From the NCBI GenBank assembly GCA_035635335.1, contig DASQBG010000065.1:2158-66157 (forward strand): a DNA stretch of 64,000 nucleotides, read 5' to 3'. A program made the translations under genes and the position numbers. A model generated the notes under the pieces. The model did no database searches, had not been told where the DNA came from, and saw only the letters and a program-made list of their open reading frames with translations. This DNA comes from Myxococcales bacterium (lineage in GTDB: Bacteria; Myxococcota; Myxococcia; Myxococcales; 40CM-4-68-19). This document shows positions 17,167-24,842 of this stretch, in pieces (the first letter of the stretch is position 1; every line of letters begins with the position of its first letter).

Positions 17167-18888
17167 CTGTACGGCAACACGGCGGGCCTGAAAGCGAGCC
17201 ATGCCCGGCGGCTCCTCGCCACCTACCGGCGCCGCGTCCAGCCGCGCGAGCTGTGCTCGCCGGAGCTGGCCCGCCACCTGAGCGAGCTGTCGCGCGAGGT
17301 CGGCCGCCAGATCGGCGTGCTGCTCAACCGCCGCGGCGAGGTCGAGTACGTGATCGTCGGCGACGCCCGGCAGATCGAGCTGCCCGACGTGGGCCGGGCC
17401 CGCGCCGGCCAGCTCCGCCTGCGCGGCCTGCGCCTGGTGCACACGCACCTCAAGGACGAGCCGCTCACGCGCGACGACCTGACCGACCTGGTCCTGCTGC
17501 GGCTCGATGCGGTGGCGGCGGTGGTGGCGCGCGACGACGGCCTGCCCGGCAAGGTCTATCTGGCCACCTTGCTCCCGTTCAATCCGGGCGGTGACCTCTA
17601 CCGGCAGGAGCAGGCGCCCTCGGTGCCCGATCTGGCGTTCGACGCGCTCGCGTCCGTCACGGCGCTGGAGCAGGAGATGGCCCGCGCCGCCCCGGGCCGG
17701 GCGGTGGGAAGCGAGGGCCGCGCCCTGCTGGTCGGGGCGTTCACCGGCGCCCGCCGCGCCGCCGAGGACTCCATGGCCGAGCTGCGCGAGCTGTCGCGCA
17801 CCGCCGGCGTGGAGGTGCTCGACCTGATGCTGCAGGGCCGCAAGGAGATCGATCCGCGCACGGTGGTCGGCCAGGGCAAGCTGCAGGACATCCTGGTCAA
17901 GTCGATGGCGCTGGGCGCCGATCTGCTCGTCTTCGACCGCGACCTGTCGCCCTCGCAGGCGCGCCACATCGGCGAGGCGACCTCGCTGCGCATCATCGAC
18001 CGCACCCAGCTCATCCTCGACATCTTCGCCCAGCGGGCGCGGAGCGCGGACGGGAAGCTCCAGGTCGAGCTGGCGCAGCTCAGGTACCTGCTGCCGCGCC
18101 TGGTGGGGCGCGACGACTCGTTCTCGCGCCTGGCGGGCGGCATCGGCGGGCGTGGACCCGGCGAGACCAAGCTGGAGGTCGACCGGCGGCGCGTGCGCGA
18201 TCGCATCTCGCACCTCGAGGGCCGCATCGACCGGCTCAGCGCCGACCGCGCCACCCGTCGCCGGCAGCGCAACCGCGCCGGCGTGCCCGTGATCTCGATC
18301 GTCGGCTATACGAACGCGGGCAAGAGCACGCTGCTCAACGCCCTGACCGATTCCGAGGTCCTGGCCGAGGACATCCTCTTCGCCACCCTCGACCCGACCA
18401 GCCGCAGGCTGCGCCTCCCTCGGAACAGGGCTGCGCAGCCGAGCGATGGGCCGGAGGCGCAAGGCCAGAAGCCTACGGAAGCCGGCGAGGTGATCATCAC
18501 CGACACGGTGGGGTTCATCCGCGACCTGCCTCGCGACCTTCTCGCCGCCTTCCGCGCCACGCTGGAGGAGTTGGAGGAGGCCGATCTGTTGCTGCACGTC
18601 GTCGACGCGTCGGATCCGCGGCACGCCGAGCAGGCGCGCGCCGTGGAGACGGTGCTCTCCAGCCTCGACCTCGAGGGCACGCCCCGGCTCCTGGTCTTCA
18701 ACAAGCTGGACCGCGACCCGGACGCAGCCCGGGCGCTCGCCCACCGCGAGGGAGGCGTGGCGGTGTCGGCGGCGACGCGCGAGGGGTTCCCGCAGCTGCT
18801 CGCCCGCTGCGAGGAGATCCTCTGGCGCCGCGGGCGGGTGCAGGCCCCCGGGCTCGAGCCCGAGTTCGTGCGTCCCCGGCAAGGCTGA
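17167..18888 (+). CDS. hflX: GTPase HflX (long form)
   Basis: ORF 17317..18888, plus open, GC3-rich in-frame sequence upstream to the stop at 17116-17118. G-domain motifs GYTNAGKST, DTVGF and NKLD. No ATG/GTG/TTG lies between 17119 and 17316; a CTG at 17167 precedes the conserved YGNTAGLK. Confidence 0.85.
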   Translation: MYGNTAGLKASHARRLLATYRRRVQPRELCSPELARHLSELSREVGRQIGVLLNRRGEVEYVIVGDARQIELPDVGRARAGQLRLRGLRLVHTHLKDEPLTRDDLTDLVLLRLDAVAAVVARDDGLPGKVYLATLLPFNPGGDLYRQEQAPSVPDLAFDALASVTALEQEMARAAPGRAVGSEGRALLVGAFTGARRAAEDSMAELRELSRTAGVEVLDLMLQGRKEIDPRTVVGQGKLQDILVKSMALGADLLVFDRDLSPSQARHIGEATSLRIIDRTQLILDIFAQRARSADGKLQVELAQLRYLLPRLVGRDDSFSRLAGGIGGRGPGETKLEVDRRRVRDRISHLEGRIDRLSADRATRRRQRNRAGVPVISIVGYTNAGKSTLLNALTDSEVLAEDILFATLDPTSRRLRLPRNRAAQPSDGPEAQGQKPTEAGEVIITDTVGFIRDLPRDLLAAFRATLEELEEADLLLHVVDASDPRHAEQARAVETVLSSLDLEGTPRLLVFNKLDRDPDAARALAHREGGVAVSAATREGFPQLLARCEEILWRRGRVQAPGLEPEFVRPRQG

Positions 18889-18941
18889 CCGGCTCGTTGC
18901 CACCAAGGCGCGCAGACGCCGCCCGAGGCGGCCAGAACGGC

Positions 18942-19000
18942 ATCCCACGAAGTCCGCGCCATCAAAAAGCGTAGCGCCGCCGAATACGGCGAAGGGCTAG
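18942..19000 (+). repeat. conserved intergenic element, copy C1
   Basis: ATCCCACGAAGTCCGCGCCATCAAAAAGCGTAGCGCCGCCGAATACGGCGAAGGGCTAG. Aligns with the copies at 45984, 47723, 49794 and 56068 (reverse). Confidence 0.75.
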
Positions 19001-19011
19001 ACTCGCGGCCC

Positions 19012-20631
19012 GTGGCGCTGCTCCTGCTCGGCCCTGGCGTCCTGCTGCATGCGCTGCTCGCGCGGCATCGACGGGCGGTCGAGCTGCCGCTGCTCGCGGC
19101 GGCATTCTGGGTCATCGCGCTCTGGTGGATCCGCCTGCTGCCGTGGGGCTGGAGGGGGCCGGTGCTCGCGGCCGGAGCAGCTTCGCTGTGCGCCGGCGTG
19201 CTCCTGTGGCGGCGATGGCCCGACCCGGGCAGCGCGCTGGTGTGGACAGCGGCCACCGCGGTCGCCGTGGTGCTGGCGCATTCCGCGCTGGTCGCTCCAG
19301 GGGTCGACGGCGCGGTCCACACCGCGGTCGCGCGCATCGTCGCCGAGTCCCAGGGTCACCCGCAGGGTTTCCGGCCGCTCTGGCCCATCGACGAGCTGCG
19401 CGGCTATCCGCTCGGCCAGCCGACCTTGACGGCGCTGCTCGCCCAGCTCGCGGGCCTCGGCTGGCGCGAGGCGGGATTGTGGGGCCACGCCCTCGCCTAC
19501 GGCCTGGTGGTGGTCGCGTTCGCGGCGGCGGTGTGGAGGTGGCGCGGCACCGGGCTGGGCCTCGGGATCGGCGTCGCCGCGGTCCTCGTCGCGCGCGCGC
19601 CCCTTCATTTCTGGACCTGGGGGGGCGCCCCCAACGCGCTCGGCATTGCGTTCGGCGTGGCCGGGTTCGCGGCCGGACTGGATGCGTTGCGCCAGCAGGA
19701 CGCGCGCAGCGCGGCCGCCTGCGCGCTCTACGCGGCGGCCGGCCTGCTCACGCACGCCGTGACGGTCGTGGCGTTCGCGTACTGCGCCGCCGCGCTTCTC
19801 GCCGCGGCGCTGCTGCGGCAGCGCGGTCTGCTCCGCGGCTCGGTTGTTCTCCTCGCCGCCGGGTCGTTCGCCGCGCTCCTCTGTGCCCCCTATCTGGCGA
19901 CGGTGAAGCCGATCGACGCACGCGGCGCGGCCTGGATCCTGGCCTGGCTGCGCGAATCGGCGACGCTCCGCGTCCTGCCCCGCATGCTGCACGACGTGCC
20001 GCTGATCGCCGGCGCCGCAGCGCTCGTGGCCGTGTTGGCGCGGGCGCCGAGCCGGGCCGTGCTACCTGCCTCGCTCGCCGCGCTCCTCGTCCTGCTCGTC
20101 CTCCAGGGCCGCGCCGCGGCGCTGCCGGCCAGCCTGCTGCTCTACCCGGACCGGATCGCCGTCCTGCTGCTCTATCCGATCGCGCTGCTGGCGCACGACG
20201 CGCTGGACTTGCGACCGCGAGCGGTCGCCGCCCTGTCCGTGGTGCTGCTCGTCCACGCCGGGATCCTGCAGCGGAAGCTCCTGCGGAACGGGAGCGCGCA
20301 CGCGCTCGCCACCGCGGCCGACCTGCGCGTGATCGAAGGGGCGCAATTCCCGGAAGGCTGCTGGGTGATGAACAACTACGGCGACGCGGGCCAATGGATC
20401 CCCGCGCTGGTCGGGCGGCCCATCACGTTCCCGCAACTCCATGTCGCCTTTTTCGGGTTGGAGAAGCGCGTGCACCCCTGCGCGGCGTTCCGCGGGGAGA
20501 AGCGCCCCTACCACGTCGATACGGTGACCTGCCCGGGCCCCGGGTGCGAGCCGGTCCTGCGCGACGGCGGGGCGGAGCTGTTCCGCATCGTCGATCCCGC
20601 GCTCTCGGTGGAGTTGTCCCCGCGGGGCTGA
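19012..20631 (+). CDS. polytopic integral membrane protein, unknown function
   Basis: ORF 19012..20631 (GTG start). At least 10 hydrophobic segments, followed by a soluble Cys-containing C-terminal domain. No family recognised with confidence; ArnT/PMT-like glycosyltransferase topology is only a guess. Confidence 0.7.
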   Translation: MALLLLGPGVLLHALLARHRRAVELPLLAAAFWVIALWWIRLLPWGWRGPVLAAGAASLCAGVLLWRRWPDPGSALVWTAATAVAVVLAHSALVAPGVDGAVHTAVARIVAESQGHPQGFRPLWPIDELRGYPLGQPTLTALLAQLAGLGWREAGLWGHALAYGLVVVAFAAAVWRWRGTGLGLGIGVAAVLVARAPLHFWTWGGAPNALGIAFGVAGFAAGLDALRQQDARSAAACALYAAAGLLTHAVTVVAFAYCAAALLAAALLRQRGLLRGSVVLLAAGSFAALLCAPYLATVKPIDARGAAWILAWLRESATLRVLPRMLHDVPLIAGAAALVAVLARAPSRAVLPASLAALLVLLVLQGRAAALPASLLLYPDRIAVLLLYPIALLAHDALDLRPRAVAALSVVLLVHAGILQRKLLRNGSAHALATAADLRVIEGAQFPEGCWVMNNYGDAGQWIPALVGRPITFPQLHVAFFGLEKRVHPCAAFRGEKRPYHVDTVTCPGPGCEPVLRDGGAELFRIVDPALSVELSPRG

Positions 20632-20751
20632 GCGTCGTCGGCCAGCCCGGGAAGCCCGGCGTGGAACCGCGCAGGCCAGGAGCACGCCGTCCGGTCGGGC
20701 CGATCCTGCTGCGCTCCGGACGACCTGTACGACGCCGATTCCGGCGCCGGC

Positions 20752-21318
20752 TCACGGCGCCGAGGCGATCCGCCGGATCAGCTCCACCCGCAGGCGCCCG
20801 ACGGCGTCCTGCGTCGCCTCGTCCAGCTTCTCCTGGTGCGCGACACAGGGCACCGACCGCGCGTGCCCGGTGACCGTCCCGTGCCAGACGATCCGCCCCT
20901 GGCGCTCGAGCGTGGCATCCAGCGCGAGGCTGGTGTCGTCCCAGCCCGCGTTCATCCCGCCGCTGCGCTCCTCGAAGGCGAGCCCCGCGGGCGCGCTACC
21001 GAACTGCGGGGGACCGCGCGGCGCGCCCACGTACTCGTCGCCCGTCCCGGCGAAGGTGACCGAGAGCATGAGCACCCAGGGGGCCCCCTGCGCGAAGGAG
21101 ACCCCGGTCTCCCCGAGCGAGGCGATCACCGCGCGCGCCACCGCCTGCGGCAACTGGGGGGCGAACTGCCCGCAGCCGATGCTGTCCGACTTGCGCGCAT
21201 CCTGCGGCGCGGGCACCGCCAGGGTCACGCCCTTCAACGCCGTGTGCGAGACCGGCTGGGGCTGCGGCCGAGCGGCAGCACAGCCCACGCAGAGGAACCC
21301 GATCGACCAGGCGCGCAA
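20752..21318 (-). CDS. putative lipoprotein, unknown function
   Basis: ORF 20752..21318 (TTG start). N-terminus MRAWSIGFLCVGC. Balanced amino-acid composition. Confidence 0.6.
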   Translation of the reverse strand: MRAWSIGFLCVGCAAARPQPQPVSHTALKGVTLAVPAPQDARKSDSIGCGQFAPQLPQAVARAVIASLGETGVSFAQGAPWVLMLSVTFAGTGDEYVGAPRGPPQFGSAPAGLAFEERSGGMNAGWDDTSLALDATLERQGRIVWHGTVTGHARSVPCVAHQEKLDEATQDAVGRLRVELIRRIASAP

Positions 21319-21325
21319 GGGCGAA

Positions 21326-22774
21326 TCAGATGTCGAAGTACAGCGCGAACTCGGTCGGCGTGGGCCGCAGCCGCACCGGGTTCAGCTCCTTCTCGATCTT
21401 GTGCTCGATCCAGGTCTCGATCACGTCCTCGGTGAAGACGTCGCCCTTGAGCAGGAACTCGTGGTCCTTCTTGAGCTCGCCCAAGGCCTCCTCCAACGAG
21501 CCCGGCATCTTGGGGACGTCCTTCAGCTCCTCGGGGGACAGGCCATAGATGTCCTTGTCGAGGGGGTCGCCCGGGTCGATGCGGTTCTCGATGCCGTCCA
21601 GGCCGGCCATCAGCATGGCGGCGAACGCCAGGTACGGGTTGCAGGACGGATCCGGCGAGCGGAACTCGAGCCGCTTCGCCTTGGGGCTGGGCGAATACAT
21701 CGGGATGCGGATCGCGGCCGAGCGGTTGCGCGACGAGTACGCCAGGTTCACCGGCGCCTCGAAGCCCGGGACCAGCCGCTTGTACGAGTTGGTGGTCGGG
21801 TTGCAGATCGCCGCCAGCGCGCGGGCGTGCTTCAGGATGCCGCCGATGTAGTGCAGCGCCATCTCGCTCATGCCCGCGTAGCCGTCGCCCGCGAAGAGCG
21901 GCTTGCCGCTCTTCCAGATGCTCTGGTGCGTGTGCATGCCGCTGCCGTTGTCGCCGAAGAGCGGCTTGGGCATGAACGTCACCGTCTTGCCGTTCCGCAG
22001 CGCGACGTTCTTGATGATGTACTTGAACCACATCAGCTTGTCGGCGGTCTTCACCAGGCTGTCGAAGCGGATGTCGATTTCGGCCTGGCCGGCGGTGGCC
22101 ACCTCGTGGTGCTGCCGCTCGACCTGGATGCCCACCTGCTCCATCACCAGGCACATCTCGGTGCGCAGGTTCTGCTGCGAATCGAGCGGGGCGACGGGGA
22201 AGTAGCCTTCCTTGTACCGCGGCTTGTAGCCCAGGTTCGGCCGCGTGCCGTGCGTCTTGCCGTCGTAGACGTGCTCGACGGCGCTGCCCGTCTCCCACTG
22301 GCCCTCACGTGACTCGATCTTGTAATGGCCGTGGTTGGGGCCGGTGTCGTAGGAGACCCCGTCGAAGATGAAGAACTCGGCTTCGGGCCCGTAGTAAGCG
22401 GTGTCCCCGATGCCGGTCGACTTCAGGTACTTCTCCGCCTTCTGCGCGATGTAGCGCGGGTCGCGCGAGTAGGGCTCCTTGGTGATCGGGTCGACGATGT
22501 TGCAGATGAGCGACAGCGTCGTGTCCTTCATGAACGGGTCCATCACGGCGCTGTCCGGATCGGGCACCACCAGCATGTCGCTGGCGTGGATGGGCGCCCA
22601 GCCGCGGATGGAGGATCCGTCGAAGCCCAGGCCCTCCTCGAAGACGGCCTCGGTCAACTCGGCGATCGGGATGGTGAAATGCTGCCAGAGGCCGACGAAG
22701 TCCATGAACTTCAGGTCGACCATCACCGCCTTCTTGTCGTGCGCCAGCCCGACGACGTCCTTGCCCTTCGCCAT
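21326..22774 (-). CDS. glnA: glutamine synthetase type I
   Basis: ORF 21326..22774. Canonical GSI sequence throughout ([38 protein letters not shown]). Confidence 0.95.
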   Translation of the reverse strand: MAKGKDVVGLAHDKKAVMVDLKFMDFVGLWQHFTIPIAELTEAVFEEGLGFDGSSIRGWAPIHASDMLVVPDPDSAVMDPFMKDTTLSLICNIVDPITKEPYSRDPRYIAQKAEKYLKSTGIGDTAYYGPEAEFFIFDGVSYDTGPNHGHYKIESREGQWETGSAVEHVYDGKTHGTRPNLGYKPRYKEGYFPVAPLDSQQNLRTEMCLVMEQVGIQVERQHHEVATAGQAEIDIRFDSLVKTADKLMWFKYIIKNVALRNGKTVTFMPKPLFGDNGSGMHTHQSIWKSGKPLFAGDGYAGMSEMALHYIGGILKHARALAAICNPTTNSYKRLVPGFEAPVNLAYSSRNRSAAIRIPMYSPSPKAKRLEFRSPDPSCNPYLAFAAMLMAGLDGIENRIDPGDPLDKDIYGLSPEELKDVPKMPGSLEEALGELKKDHEFLLKGDVFTEDVIETWIEHKIEKELNPVRLRPTPTEFALYFDI

Positions 22775-22832
22775 CTTCCACTCCTCCGTATGCGCGCCTT
22801 CGAAAGGAACAGCGGCCGCGCCGTTGACGTTC

Positions 22833-23198
<366 letters not shown>

Positions 23199-23321
23199 TT
23201 ACTTGCCCCTCGCCCTCCCCGCAACGGACGATTGCCAGGAAAGGGACCCGCCGGGCCGTGACCTTCCGAGGGCTTCCGACTCCGATCCCAGGCACGACCG
23301 CAACCAACCCGGAGGTCCCCC

Positions 23322-23840
23322 GTGAGAGGCTCGCTCGTCCTGGCCGCCGTCCTGGCCACATCGCCCGCCTTCGCTCAGCTCGACGATCCGCAGATCGCCG
23401 ACGTGGCGCTCACCGCGCACCAGATCGACATCGCGCGCGGCAAGCTGGCCCTCAAGAAGACGAAGAACGAGGAGGTGAAGCAGTTCGCCCAGCAGATGAT
23501 CGACGACCACGGCGCCGGCGTGAAGGAAGCGGTCGCGCTCGCGGCGCGGCTGGGCGTGAAGCCGGAGAAGAACGCCACCTCGGACAGCCTGCAGGACGGC
23601 GCCCACAAGGCGGCCGCGCGGCTGAAGAAGGAGTCGGGGGCGAAGTTCGACCGCGACTACATCGACACCGAGGTGCAATACCACCAGGCGGTGATCGACG
23701 CGGTGAAGACGGCGCTGATCCCGGGCGCGCAGAACAAGGACTTGAAGCAGCTGCTCACCGACGCCTTGCCGACGCTCGAGGGGCACCTGCAGCACGCCAA
23801 GAACGTGCAGGCGCAGCTCGGGGCCAAGGCCTCGAGGTAG
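23322..23840 (+). CDS. DUF4142 domain secreted protein
   Basis: ORF 23322..23840. Signal peptide, then two helical repeats with FAQQMIDDHG and YHQAVIDAV, typical of DUF4142. Confidence 0.8.
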   Translation: MRGSLVLAAVLATSPAFAQLDDPQIADVALTAHQIDIARGKLALKKTKNEEVKQFAQQMIDDHGAGVKEAVALAARLGVKPEKNATSDSLQDGAHKAAARLKKESGAKFDRDYIDTEVQYHQAVIDAVKTALIPGAQNKDLKQLLTDALPTLEGHLQHAKNVQAQLGAKASR

Positions 23841-23857
23841 GGCGGTGCCGCACCGGC

Positions 23858-23881
23858 GCGGAGGCGTATCCACGCCTCCGC
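23858..23881 (+). terminator. perfect GC-rich hairpin downstream of the DUF4142 gene
   Basis: GCGGAGGCGT-ATCC-ACGCCTCCGC: 10-bp perfect stem and 4-nt loop, 18 nt after the stop. No U-tract follows. Confidence 0.4.
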
Positions 23882-23941
23882 ACCTGGGCGCACGCAGGCG
23901 AACTTGCCGCACACCGGGCCGTACCGTGCAGAGTTCCAGGC

Positions 23942-24745
23942 ATGGCTCTCCTCCCCGCCCGCCCGCTGCAGCTCGATCCGCGCGCGCTCGCGCAACGCCG
24001 CCTCCGCAACTTCGGGGTCATCGCGGTGCTCATCGCCATGGGCGCGGCGTTCTGCGCTGGCGCGGTCGTCTCCGCCCGGCAGGTGGTCGAGGAGCGCGTG
24101 CTCTGGGCGCGCGGCACGCAGGGGAAGCTCGTGCACCTCACCGGCAAGGTGGAGGAGACGCAGAAGCTCGGCCTCACCTTCTTCTACGACTACGATCTGG
24201 ACGTGAAGTGGCTGGACGCGCAGGGCCGGCAGCATTCGGGCAAGACGAGCTTCGGCCGCACCTTCCGCGGCGTCGGCAAGCGCGAAGCAGCGCGGCTCCG
24301 CTACGACCCCGCCGCCCCGGACCGCTTCGTCCTCTCCTGGGCGGCGCAGGGCGGGCTGCCCCGCTCCGGCATCGCCATCCTCTGCGGCCTGCTCGGCGCG
24401 CTGATGCTGCTGAGCGCCCGGACCCTGGCCAGGGTCGAGCGCCGGCGTCTGGAGCTGCTCCGGATGTGCGCCGAGGACGGCGAGGAGGTGGTCGGCGAGG
24501 TGGAGAAGGCCTGGAGCCACAAGGGCGTCCACTACCTCCGCTACCGCCTGCCGGACGACGGGCGCGTGCGCAAGTACCAGGGTGACGCACCGTTCGTCTT
24601 CGCCCGCGAGGGCGCCCTGCACGTGCTCGTCCTGCGCTCGCCGCGGGCTCCGGATGCCCCCGTGCTGGTCGAGGCGGACCTGCGCTCCTTCGACCTCCCC
24701 GTCGAGGTCCGCGCGCGGGTGCTCTCCGCGGCCGCCACGGGGTAG
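23942..24745 (+). CDS. DUF3592-like two-TM membrane protein
   Basis: Distal 267 codons of ORF 23177..24745, with the ATG at 23942. Layout is TM - beta-rich domain ending RLRYDPAAPDRFVLSW - TM - second beta-rich domain. Confidence 0.65.
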   Translation: MALLPARPLQLDPRALAQRRLRNFGVIAVLIAMGAAFCAGAVVSARQVVEERVLWARGTQGKLVHLTGKVEETQKLGLTFFYDYDLDVKWLDAQGRQHSGKTSFGRTFRGVGKREAARLRYDPAAPDRFVLSWAAQGGLPRSGIAILCGLLGALMLLSARTLARVERRRLELLRMCAEDGEEVVGEVEKAWSHKGVHYLRYRLPDDGRVRKYQGDAPFVFAREGALHVLVLRSPRAPDAPVLVEADLRSFDLPVEVRARVLSAAATG

Positions 24746-24842
24746 GGGCCCTCCTCACCGGTATCCACATCCGTCTCCGGTGTAGCCGCGCCGGCTGGAC
24801 CGCCGGGGCTCGAAGGTTCAGCCGCCGCTTCGTGCTGCTACA

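Noticed and set aside
18997-19992. Minus-strand ORF (331 aa) whose stop codon is the CTAG of intergenic element copy C1. This would fit the pattern of the element sitting on minus-strand stop codons.
   Set aside because: Its translation is Arg/Glu/Gln/Gly-rich and is antisense to a convincing polytopic membrane protein (19012..20631 +). The CTAG coincidence more likely reflects conservation of the element itself.
22775-22832. Inverted repeat AGGAAC-N18-GTTCCT (minus-strand reading) between glnB and glnA as a possible attenuator.
   Set aside because: The arms are only 6 bp and the loop is large. There is no supporting conservation or U-tract, so the evidence is insufficient.
23221-23237. Sigma-54-like promoter upstream of glnB on the minus strand: TGGCAATCGTCCGTTGC.
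   Set aside because: The GG and GC elements are spaced 2 nt further apart than the strict TGGCAC-N5-TTGC consensus. Sigma-54 promoters tolerate almost no spacing change, so I do not call it. It would be worth rechecking only if transcription start mapping places a start about 12 nt downstream.
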